A DNA stretch of 64,000 nt, taken from positions 248,001 to 312,000 of the forward strand of contig CDMY01000347.1 in assembly GCA_001179505.1 (NCBI GenBank), read 5' to 3'. The position numbers and the translations under genes are program-made. The notes under the pieces were generated by a model. The model saw only the letters and a program-made list of their open reading frames with translations. It was not told where the DNA came from and did no database searches. The DNA is from Vitrella brassicaformis CCMP3155 (taxonomy: Eukaryota > Protista > Chromerida). This document shows positions 24,101 to 34,979 of the stretch, one piece after another. Within the stretch, counting starts at the first letter, position 1. Every line of letters starts with the position of its first letter.

Positions 24101-25220
24101 CGAGCGATAAAGCTAGCAGTTCCAGGGCAGAAGTGGCGTGCTCCGGCATGCGCGAGGGCGTGCTCAGGGCCTCCATGTCCAACAGCGCCACTCGATGCCG
24201 ATTGGAATCGTCCGGACTGCTTGGTGTCTCCTCCGTTCTCCTCGGCGTAGATCTCTCGTGGTTGACGTGATTGTTGAGGGCGACGGGGGGTGGGAGGGGA
24301 GGGAAGTTCGGCAGCGGCTCGCTTGCCCGTTCGTGGATCGGTGGGGGAAGGGAAGGCGCCCTCGGGGCTGGTGTCTCGTCAACAGGGAGGGTGGGGTGCG
24401 GCTGCGCAGGCCGTTGGGCGCTCTTCTTCCTCTTGCCAGCAGACGGCGGACTGGAGAACTGCATCGGCGCCCTTGGTTCTTTTTGCGGTGGGGGAAGGGG
24501 TGGGGAAGCAGCGCTACTGCTCGCCTGCGGTGGGCGTTGTGCGTAGCCTCCTTTGTGCTTGGCTGCATAGCCGGACTTGTTTCGAGCTGCTTTGGGGGAC
24601 TGCGATGACGCCCTTGGGCCATCTGTCGCTGCCGAAGGGCCATCTGTCGCTGCCGAAGTCGACGCGTTGGCCTTGGTTGCTTCCCGCTGCTGTGCCTTTG
24701 GGCTGACGGAGGAGGCCATTCTCGAGTAGCCCTGTTTCCCCTGACCCCCCTTGCTGTCCTTCGCCGCCCTCTCCTGCTGTTGCCGCTCGTGCAACCAATC
24801 TTTGTAGACGCCATGCAGCTCGGTCAGCAGCTCGGTCAGCATCTCCGTGTCGCCCTGGGCTATGAGGCCTCTCGTATCAGCGTCCAACTCGACGTCGAAC
24901 TCCTCAAGCGATGCAGACAGCTGCTCCCAGTGCAGGAGCTTCGCCGAGGGTGAGTGGAGGTGGGCGTTGACCTCAGGCACCGTTCTGGATATGCCGTGCT
25001 TCCGAAAGATGGCCTTGAGCAACTCTGCCACCCGATGACCGTTCTCGAATGTTTGCACCACGAGAGGCGGGAGGGGCACCTTTCCATTCTCTGGCATGGG
25101 GCTGCGGGACGACGCGGCGATTGGCGGCTCTTTGACAACGCCGAAACTATGGATGAACTTGTATACCTCAATGGGAAGCTCCATCGAGCTCACAGACACG
25201 CTGCTTTGACCAGACGCCAT
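18122..25220 (-). CDS. Large multi-exon protein: N-terminal calponin-homology (Spef1/CH_2-like) domain, Pro-rich linker, ARM/HEAT-like helical region, coiled coils and acidic tail
   Basis: MELPIEVYKFIHSFGVV..FENGHRVAELL..SAKLLHWEQLSASLEEFDVELD..IAQGDTEMLTELLTELH is CH-like. The helical exons I checked join in frame (e.g. KHRR|LGPRHALLL). The last exon EGEASDEKAEPPADDGQE* ends at 18122. Not every junction was verified, so this could be two genes. Confidence 0.6.
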
Positions 25221-25562
25221 CAGTCAACAGAGTTTCGACCTGAACCTGAAGGACAGCGCATGGCATTGCACATGCCACATTGTCACACGCATCCATCCGT
25301 CTAGTGCGACGCACTTACCTTTGCCTCTGAGTCTTGAGCGACACACTGACTGACAACAGACGCCCTTTGCTATGGTCTTCGAGGGGAAAGGACTTGAAGG
25401 AAAAAGACTGCGGGCTTGGGGGATAGTGGGGGTCAAGACTGATGCATGCAACAGGGAAATGACTCATCCACGTCTCGCCTTGAGAGGTGGGTAAACATCA
25501 GCTATCCGAAAAGCAGGCGAGTCGGCAGTCATCTACGATCGACTCCTCGCGAAGGCGCGGCG

Positions 25563-26516
25563 ATGCTCTCCCTCTGTGTTCTGATGCTGCATCAAGTGCC
25601 GATGCTGGCTTCAGCTTTGCAGTCATCCCATGTCCTCGGTGTTCTCACTCCAGCACACAGCACCTCGGCATTTCTTCCCGCGCCCTCAGCAAGGCCGAGA
25701 AGGCGAAGATCTCCTCCCTCCCGGTCCATCGACGGCAGTCTGATGACCCCAGCATCACTGTCGATGTCGCAGCAAAGCGAGGCTCCCTCCCCATCCTACC
25801 CTCTGCAGTCGTTCTTTGTGCAGCCCAAGGTGTCCATCGCCATCGGCTCCTTCTGTCTGCTGGCCATCCTCATCAACCGCCTCATTGACATCACTGCTTA
25901 CGCCTCGCAGGGGCGTGCGGATCTGCTGGCGACTCTCGCCTCAGCTGGGTTGGTGCTGATCGGCGTGGCTCTCGAGGACATCACTGCAAAGGAGGCCGAC
26001 AGGGTGGAGTTGGATGCGGCTAATCTCATCCGTCAAGCAGAGGCGACGGCTGCCGATGAACAACAGGAGGGTCTGCTACGGTGGGCATCTGAGAGCCTCT
26101 TGCGTGGAACGCCCTATCGGTCGGTGGTCGTCTTCATTGCCGACGACAGCGACCTCAGCAGAGCGTCAATTGTCCTGCGGCACGGCTACATGGGGCAGGA
26201 CTTGTCGTCCGTCGACCTGACCAGCTCACCAATTCTGCGAAGCGCCTTCAGCAGTGCCAAGGCGGGCATTTCTGATGCCGTGTGTCTGCAAGACCTCAAG
26301 TTCCTCCCTGGCCGAGTTGAGCTGACCTACCTGCCATCAAACGTGCCAAGCGTCGTGATGCAGCCCTTCACGACGAGCGACGGGCGGCCAGGTGTGGTTG
26401 TGTGTGGGACCAACCGGCCTCGCAGTGTGACGGCGAGGCATTTGGCATGGACGGGAAATGTGGCCAAGGCACTCGGACTTGGGCTGGGAAGGGGCAGGGA
26501 GCGCAAAGGGAGATGA
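25563..26516 (+). CDS. CCB4: Cofactor assembly of complex C subunit B (CCB4-like; cytochrome b6 heme ci attachment), plastid-targeted, intronless
   Basis: LLAILINRL..SQGRADLLATLASAGLVL..LRWASESLL..LRHG..LKFLPGRVELTYLPSNVPSVVMQP..GTNRPRSVT matches the CCB2/CCB4 family. Hydrophobic leader followed by SAF and an S/R/P-rich transit-like region. Confidence 0.82.
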   Translation: MLSLCVLMLHQVPMLASALQSSHVLGVLTPAHSTSAFLPAPSARPRRRRSPPSRSIDGSLMTPASLSMSQQSEAPSPSYPLQSFFVQPKVSIAIGSFCLLAILINRLIDITAYASQGRADLLATLASAGLVLIGVALEDITAKEADRVELDAANLIRQAEATAADEQQEGLLRWASESLLRGTPYRSVVVFIADDSDLSRASIVLRHGYMGQDLSSVDLTSSPILRSAFSSAKAGISDAVCLQDLKFLPGRVELTYLPSNVPSVVMQPFTTSDGRPGVVVCGTNRPRSVTARHLAWTGNVAKALGLGLGRGRERKGR

Positions 26517-27652
26517 TGTCATGTGCGCTGAGTGTTAGCAGCGTTGTGCAAGTGTGTGCAAGTGAGCAATGGTTTCACTGTGTCGCGACTGATGTCCGTG
26601 CAGAGTGTTAGCTGACATGAATGAAGCGCACTGTGTCCCGCAGTTCAAATCAAGCATCAAGACGTCACTCATGCACTCACTCCACAGCCGCCACGTACAC
26701 CTGATCCGACAGCCAGCCACGACACCACGAGGTCATCACCTCACGACACGGGCGTCCGGATCTCACGACCTAACACCCGGGACGTCAGGTGCAAGTTCGC
26801 AAGGAATCGTTAGCCGACTGATCGAATCGCTGCAGTGACATTCATACCAGCGTCAATCAAGGCGGCTTTCCTTATGTCGAGTAGCGAGACACTGCACAAT
26901 CAAGAAGGCAGGAAGGAGGAAAGAAGGAAGGAAGAGTCACCATACATAAACTCGTCGTCTCACACGCACGCACACATGGACATGACATGCACACGGGCAG
27001 ATGAACACGCATCGACCACACCGACCGGCAAGGTCGCATGAAGCCCCCGGCCCGCGGGGGTTGCGAATAAAGTTGTACCGTTGTTGCTTACAAGAGGCCT
27101 CAAAAGACAGACACCTCTCAACGAAAAAACGTTGTCTGCCTGCCCCCTACCCCACTGCCCATCCTTGCCCCTCACTACCCCTTGATGAGAGGTATGAGAT
27201 AAGTGACGTGCGCATCCCGGGGCCGTCGAAAAAACCGCCGCACAGAGAGACCACACGAGAGAGATAAAGACGAAAGGAACCAAAACGAGACAGAGAATGC
27301 GAGAGCACTGCCACAAATGATGTGGCCAGACAGACAGAAAGAGAGAGACTGAGAGGCAGGCAGGCAGGTAGAGGGAGGGAGGGCAGAGAGCATTAGGACG
27401 GACACCCCCACCCGGCTCAAACACCTCCCCATAGACAGGGAGCTGCCGGGCAAAAACGCAAAACATGTGATGCGATGCTGCGATGCTGGAGAGGGAGAGA
27501 GGGCCGCATGAACGAACGCACTCACTACATGACACACCGCACACACCCACAGACTAGACGAACCTACCTAACCCACATTCATCCACTCTGCACGCACTTA
27601 TGCATCCCATCAGCACACAGCACGTCAGTCAGTCAGGAGTCTCCCCTCAGAC

Positions 27653-29066
27653 TCAGAACGAGCACGAAGGCCCATCACAGCTGCGGAACTGGCCCTGCCC
27701 GAAGAAGCGAGAGCGACCCAAGGACACGATGCCCTCTGCAACACAACACAGACACACACATGCCAGAGGCCATATAATGACCGTGTCTGGTGTGATGCAT
27801 CACATCACACTGGGTGCATACCGCTGCCGTAGATTCTGCCCGTGTTGAAGTTGACATTGCTGCCGATGCCGCGTGGCCCAGTGTTGTAGGCCGGCCCGAC
27901 GATTGAGCTTCTCGCCTGCAGGCGTCGCTCGTCGGACTCCTCCTTGGTCGGCTCCTCCTCATTGACGATCTGGGCGACGGCGCAGTAGCCGTTGACCTCG
28001 GGGATGCCGTCGCCACAGCCGCCCTCTGGCTTGGGGCGGAAGAGGAGCGCCTCGTCCTTGGACACTTCCAGGTAGTCGCCGCCGAAGAAGTCGATCTTGA
28101 TGGAATCGTGCTTCTTGTTGCGGGTCACCTGTGAGTCACAGGCAGGCAGACAGCGAGAAATGAGGTAGGGGTGCGTATTCGGGGCTTGTGTGTCATCAGA
28201 TGCTTTACCATTCGGACTTTGTAGACCCTCTGGAGGAACTCCTTGACGCCCTCCGAGGAGCCGACACCCAGGTCGTCCAGATAGAGACTGTCAATCTGCG
28301 CACACGCGACCACACCAGCAAAGGTGTGCTTTGGGTGTAGAGGCGCATCCCGGATGTGTGTGTGTGTCCGTGTGTGTGTGCGTACATTCTCAAAATTGGA
28401 CAGGTCCTGTCCGACGAAATCGAAGGGATTGACCGCATCGATCTTGCTCTTGGTGTCTGCACACATCACATACGCCCACATACACACAGACAGATGATGC
28501 ACAGGCCCATCTCCCCCCCCTCTATGCATGTGGATGCATTGACTTACGAACGACGTCCTTGTTGCCGGATACGCTGATCAGGTTGCCATCCGCGTCAGGT
28601 CGCTGGTCCTTGGTGACCTCGACGGCAGCAACGGTGACGCCGAGCAGCACCAAGATGGTCGCCACATACAAAATCGCCAAGCCCGCCACAACCCACTTGA
28701 GGCTGCGGGTCTTCTTCTTCTCCATGTTCATCTGGCGGGCGGCCGACAACACCTCCTGGACGCTGCAGGCACCCACAGACAACAGGCACACACACGAGAC
28801 ACGTGACAGATGTCACTCGGCCCGTCTCCCCTCCCCCTCTCTCACCTGAACATGCCATCGCCGTCAGTGTCCCAGGAGCGGAGGATGTCCACCATGCGCT
28901 CCGCCTCATCCTTGCTGCCTTCCGTCTTGAGAGCGGAGGCCCTGAACAGACAGAGAGACAAGACCCCCCGCCGCGTGTGCGTGTGCGGGTGTGCGCACGC
29001 GCTGGATCTGGATCTGTGTGCATACCGGAACTTCTCAGTTCTGCTGTTGGGCGGGGCAGTGGCCAT
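27653..29066 (-). CDS. EF-hand / single-TM / RRLQ-peptide protein, paralog A
   Basis: MATAPPNSRTEKFR|ASALK..WDTDGDGMF|SVQE (canonical EF loop), TM helix WVVAGLAILYVATILVLLGVTVAAV, luminal region, then RRLQARSSIVGPAYNTGPRGIG..GS|EGIVSLGRSRFFGQGQFRSCDGPSCSF*. Confidence 0.85.
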
Positions 29067-29636
29067 CTCGGTTGCGATTGCTGAGGGAGTGTTGATCAGA
29101 TGCGAAGTCACTTGAGAGGTCTCGGGGAAGCTGAGATGCGATGTGGCGATGATAGATCTGTCGTGAATGCAATGAGAGATGTGCGATGGGAAGAGTGTTG
29201 TCGAGTGTTGTCCAAACCTCCGCCCCCTCAGTCTTCCCTCCTTTCCCAATCCTTCGCAACCCTACCCTAACCCTGTAACCCCGTGTAAAACTTCTACAGC
29301 AAAAGCTGTCATTCACTTCTTCCTTCGTCGTTACTCCTGCCCCACTCACCCACCCTGATCCATAGCATTTCGCTGCTGCACCATGAAGCCCGGCGTGCCA
29401 GGATCCCGTACTGAGAAGTTCAGGGCGTCCGCTCTCAAGACGGAAGGGAACAAGGATGAGGCGGAGCGGATGGTGGACATCCTCCGCTCCTGGGACACTG
29501 ACGGCGATGGCATGTTCAGGTGAGAGAGGGGGAGGGGAGACGGGCCGAGTGACATCTGTCACGTGTCTCGTGTGTGTGCCTGTTGTCTGTGGGTGCCTGC
29601 AGCGTCCAGGAGGTGTTGTCGGCCGCCCGCCAGATG
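28729..29636. repeat. Perfect 167-bp inverted repeat (28729-28895 vs 29470-29636) shared by the two paralogs, including an entire intron
   Basis: Direct reading: ATGGTGGACATCC...GCCCGCCAGATG is identical on opposite strands, including the intron GTGAGAGAGGGG...GGTGCCTGCAG. Confidence 0.92.
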
Positions 29637-30855
29637 GCCCAGGAGAAGAAGACGAGCCACCGCCTCCGATGGGTCATAATCGGCATCGCCATCGTGTACA
29701 TCGCGACCCTCCTCGTGCTGCTGGGGGTTACAGTATTGGCCGTCGAGATCTCCAAGGACCAGCGACCTGACGGAAACAGCAACCTGATCAGCAGACACAC
29801 AAAGGACGTCGTTCGTAAGCCGACACACAAACCTGCCCTGCGGGGGGATGGGGGTTGTGCGCTGCCTGACTGGTGTGATGTGGTGTTGTGTGTCTGTCGT
29901 CTCATTAGACACGAAGAGCAAGGTTGACACTGTGAACCCGTTTGACTTTATTGGCGACGACAAGGACCTCACCGACTTCGAAAATGTACAGTCAGTACAC
30001 CATCCCCCCCCACACACACAACTTGGACGGCAGGGCACCCACTCCACTGCACCTGCACCCTGTGCTGCCTGTGCTGTGTGTGTGTTGTGTGCAGGTCGAC
30101 AACCTGTACATCGACGAGCTGGGTGTCGCCGCCACCGAATCTTCCGACGGCGTGCCAGAGTTCCTCGAGAGACTCTACAAAGTCCAGATGGTGAGTGACC
30201 CCCCAAGCCACCATGCACACCAGACACTCACGTGTCTACCTGTCTGTCTGTCTGTCTGTCTCTGTCAGATCACGCGCAACAAGAAGCACAACACCTACCG
30301 CATCGACTTCCTGGGCGGCCACTGGCTGGAGGTGTCCAAGGAACAGGCCATTCTCTGGCGCCCCAAGCCAGAGGGCGGCTGCGGTGAGGGCATTCCCGAG
30401 GTCAACGGCAACTGCCCCTCGGCCGTCATCCAAAACAAGGAGGAGAGTGAGATGGAGGTGGTGGATGCCTTTGAGCAGGTCGACGCTGAGGACAAGGCCG
30501 ACAGCGACGACCGACGCCTGCAGCCCCGGTCGGCCATCGTCGGGCCGGCCTACAACACTGGGCCGCGCGGCATCGGGCGCAATATCAACTTCAACTCTGG
30601 CCAACTCTACCAAAACGGTTAGCAGAGAGCCGCACACACACATCGGCATCGATCAATCCCTCCGTGTGTGTGTGTGGATGTGTCTGTTCAGATGGCATTG
30701 TGGACCTCGGCCGCGCGCGGTTCTTCTCGCACGGGCAGTTCAGGTGAGGAACGAAGACACACACTTGAGCGACAGACAGCTCACCTCTCTCTGTTGCGGT
30801 GTCTTGCCTGTCTCCTTCCTGCAGATCTTGCATCGGCCCTTCGTGCTCATTCTGA
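29383..30855 (+). CDS. EF-hand / single-TM / RRLQ-peptide protein, paralog B
   Basis: MKPGVPGSRTEKFRASALK..DTDGDGMF|SVQE, TM helix WVIIGIAIVYIATLLVLLGVTVLAV, then RRLQPRSAIVGPAYNTGPRGIG..QN|DGIVDLGRARFFSHGQFR|SCIGPSCSF*. Confidence 0.85.
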
Positions 30856-33041
30856 GCCAGCATCTCTCACGGGGCCGATAGCATACACAGCAGGGTAGAA
30901 TGACATCGCTTTGAGCGCTTCTTTATAAGTCTATTTTTCGGTCCTGCTGACCGATTCGTTGACGTGTGTGTACTCCAGCCATTACACTCCATTGCACTCC
31001 ATAACATTCCACTGCATGTGTGTGTGAGGGGGCGGGCGGGGGGCACACCAGCCGCGTAGTCGCGTACAAGCGTTGACACACCATGACACCTCAATGGATG
31101 CATGGATGGATGGATGGATGGCTCGCCCTGTGTCTTTGTTGCTTTCTGTATCGCCTATCCTTTTGCCTGCGACACCCATCGATTGCCCTTTTTTGGCTGG
31201 CCCACCTTTGAGGCAGCCGACAGTCACATGAATCGTGTTGTGTGCTCGTTGTGCCGTCATGCTCATGCGTGTGGGTGAGGTGAGGAGGTGAGGAGGTGTG
31301 CCCTCACCAGTCAGCTCATGACACGCCGGCAGTGTGCCCCTCCCCACCCCCACCGACTTCATAAGGGTATTTTTATTGCCCTCTCGCCCCCGGCTGGCTG
31401 GGAGGGAGGGAGGGAGGGAAGAGGGCGTGGCAATTGTCTTGATCGATCTCATGGATGGCTCATGTTCGTTGCACTGCAACCAGCACGCGCGGCATGCCAT
31501 CCACAGACCGACCCGACCGACTCGACTGATGTGATGTGCTCATAAGACACATACATACGATGACTGAGTGCATCTGCCTTACTGCCTGCCTGCCTGTGTA
31601 TCTATCGGTTGCCTGTCGCTCTTCTGATCTTTCCTCCTCCCCTCTCTCTCTCCTCTCTCTCTCTGTGGATGCGACTCCGACGCGAGGGAGGGAGGGGGGA
31701 GGGAGGGGGGGAGGGAGAAACGAAGGATGGGGATGGAGTGCAGATGCGGCTCTCATGGTATGATCGCTCACCATCTGTCTCGTCTGTCTGTCTGCCTGTG
31801 TGTGGTTTTACATTCGTGTCGATTGCGTGTTCTACTGTTCCTTTATCTATCCAGTCTATCCATTCCGCACACACACCATGGCCGGTTGGGGTGCATGAGC
31901 GACCGGCGACGACGACTTACTACTGTAATTTATGGGACGCCGGGAGGGGTGATGGGTTGTGGGCAATCGTAATCGTTCAGCCATCTCACTCACTCTGACT
32001 TGCCTGCAGCCTACGGCTCTTCTCAGTGCACTACGTCATCATTACATTACATCGGGTTTAGTTCCCATTGCACCGACCGGGATGCGCTAATTTGTCACAT
32101 CTGCATGCCTGTGTATGTGTCCGTCTGCCTGTCTGGTAATGCTGTTGATACGTCACGGCTCAACTTGCCTTGCCTGCCTGGTCGATTGTGGATGTGTTGA
32201 TCGGATGCATGACTTGAGATGTTGCATGTGACGACTGAGCGAAGGAGAGAGGAGGGCAGGGGAGGTGCGCGGCCGGCGCACCGAGCAGTGTGTGTGTGAG
32301 TTGTTGGCGACAGCCACGATCGATGCTTGCATGGACGGCTGTGTACGTGGACTTGTAGGTATCGATGCTAACGCTTTTATTTTGGGGGTGGGTGGCGTGC
32401 GTCTTTCTCGTAAGGCGAGCCGGGTGTCGATTACGCCGGTCAGTACGTCTTGGCTTTTGTATGGGTGGGCGGATGGATGGGTGTTCCTGACGCCTTGGTC
32501 TGTCAGCCTGCAGCGTTCTCATCTCCCTGCGTCAAGAGTCAGAGCTGGACTAGACTGTCAGCGTACGAGCTTGACGGTTGAGTACAGCAGGGGCTGCGGA
32601 CGGAAGGGGCGGAGAATGCCGGGCAGACGACGCGCGTATCATTATGGAAGGAACCGCAGCTTTTCTATTATGGATGTGTTGGTTCGTTGCCGCCCTCCTT
32701 TCGTCGGTGCCATGGACGTGGTCGAACGCATCAGGGTCACCTTCATCTGTGACACTGGCGCATTCGAGGCACTCATTGCACCGGCGAGAGTGTGTGGCGG
32801 AACAAGTTTCGCTGTCGGAAGGAAGAGTCCTGACACGCAGTAGTGGTAGTGCGTTGGATGCTTCGTGTGCGTGGATGGGTACCAGTGACGTCAGTCGAGT
32901 GCATAAGGGGACGGATGAGAAGAGACCGACATATATACGATAATGCTCTGGATCGGGGTGCGTATACTGGCCGCGAGGAGCGGGCCGGGCCGACACCCTC
33001 AGGTTGGGGGCCGCCCGCAGTCTCAGTCATCTCGCGGGAGA

Positions 33042-34979
33042 ATGTCCAGCACCTTCAACGAGCAGCACTGGCAGCCCTCCGGCTTCCCAAACCACTCGTG
33101 GAAAGTGGACCGCATTCGCCCACTCACAAACACGGCTGCCTTCAGAAGCAGGACCTCCACCTCATCCACAGACCTCCCATTCGATGCATCAGCGGCTGAC
33201 AACAACCGGCCGGTCCGCTTCCAAGGCACCTTTGCCGAGCAGCAAGGAGGGTTGCCTGACGGCGGAGCTGCTGGCTTCCAGGGCCAAGCAACAGCGAACC
33301 ATGAAGACTGGTTTGCCGACCCCTTCTTCTCGCAGGAAGATCCCTTCGCAGAGTCGTCACACGACGAGGCGCCACGCCCGCGCTATGTCGGATTGGGAGA
33401 GCGGAGAGGCCCCTTGTCGGTGACGGCAGAGTCGGACAATCTTGACCAGAGGCGGCCGTCTTTTCCCCGGCTGTTCGTCTACTGCAGACATTTGGAGGAA
33501 CAGAACAGGAACCTCACACGCAAACTGCGGGACAGGGAGGTACGAAAGCGCTATTTTCATTCATGCCATTGGATGGTATGCGCCTCTCTCTTTGTTCTTT
33601 CTCTTCTCCCGCGATGAATAACATCAGGATGATTTCAAGCGAATGGGTGCGGGCCTTGCGGCAAAACAGGATGAGGAACTCTGCCGCCTCCAGGATGCAC
33701 AGAGACAGACGGAAGAGCAGTTGCGTCGACAGGAGTCTCTGCTTGCTTCGGAAAAAGAGCAGACTAGAAAGCTGGAGGGGGGCCGCCGACAGTTACTGGA
33801 TGGCTTGTTGGATGCCTTCGGCCCTTTATTGGCTGTCATTCGGGCTGCTGTGGTCACAGGGAAGGAGGGAGACAAGATCCGAGCGGCTCTGCGAGCGCTT
33901 GAAGCGCTTGTCGCGCCAGTGGCAGAGACCGAGGACGGGTAATGAATAAGCGGATGATCAGCATGGCACACCGACACACCATCGCTCTGATGTCATCGTG
34001 CTGCCGCAGGTTCCAACCGGTGCTGCGGCGTTTGCATGAGGTTCGGGACTTTCACGAGAGACACCCGGCCAACGACACGCCACCTGTCTCGAGAGCCACA
34101 CAGACCGACCAGCAACCAACGCTGCATGCGAGCGCTGCCTCCCACTGCCTTTGGTCAGACAGATCTGAAGAGGACCCACGCATCGACTCGTCCGCAGCTA
34201 CCCCCCTGCCCCACAGTCTGCATGGGATCATCAGCCAACCGGAGTCAGCAAAGACCGCTGAGGACAAGAGGAGGCCGAGCACTCCACCGTTTCTCACATT
34301 CAGCCGGCTGTCGGCGTTCGCCAAGCGGCAGGACGGCTATGAGCTGCATCATCATGTGATGCCGCCGACCGTCCCGTCTGTGTCGACATTGAGGAAGCGG
34401 GCCGGCAACCTGGTGAAGATGTCCAGCCAGGAACCGTCGTCGTCTTCAGCCACGGCCGCTTTCGACCGCCAACTGCCGGCTCTCCAGCCTGAGCCCGTCA
34501 TCGGCCATCCCCTGCTTCCCCACGCCACGGCATTGCTCCCTCCTGCCCCCTATGCATACAATGTCATGCCGCCTGCAGACTACGCCAGCCTCCTGCGGCT
34601 ATCGCCCCGCACGACAAGCCACAGCAGACGACCAGAAGTGTCGCCCGGAGCACGCAGCAATAAGCTGTCTGAGTCTCGGCGGGCGCTGAGGTGCGTGGCG
34701 TGTTGCAGCAGACATCGGCCGGTCCGCGGTGTCCCATACGCCACACCCCCTCGCACCCCTCCTCGCGCTCGGCCCCTGACGAAGCGGCAGATCGGAGGCT
34801 CCGGCCCCTCCTGGCCTTTTGCTGACGAACAGCAGCAGATGGACGCAAGAAAGGTCGACTGGAGGCGGGACGCCAGTGCAAGTGTCGGTGTCGGCACGTA
34901 TGTGGCGTCGAGTCTGCCACCTACACCCGGATATGTGCTGATTCCAACGACACCGCCGATGAACAAGAGAAGACGCTGA
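33042..34979 (+). CDS. Hypothetical coiled-coil protein with disordered N- and C-termini (3 exons)
   Basis: MSSTFNEQHW..YCRHLEEQNRNLTRKLRDRE|DDFKRMGAG..QRQTEEQLRRQESLLASEKEQ..TEDG|FQPVLRRLHE. Intron phases are consistent. Confidence 0.6.

Noticed and set aside
26980-27160. GC-rich hairpin (CCCCCGGCCCGCGGGGG) as a possible snRNA or terminator
   Set aside because: No snRNA consensus (Sm site context, U5 loop, U1/U2 5' ends) was recognisable.
32265-32996. Overlapping 120-190 aa ORFs on both strands upstream of the coiled-coil gene
   Set aside because: No recognisable motifs or consistent splice chain; likely UTR or promoter.
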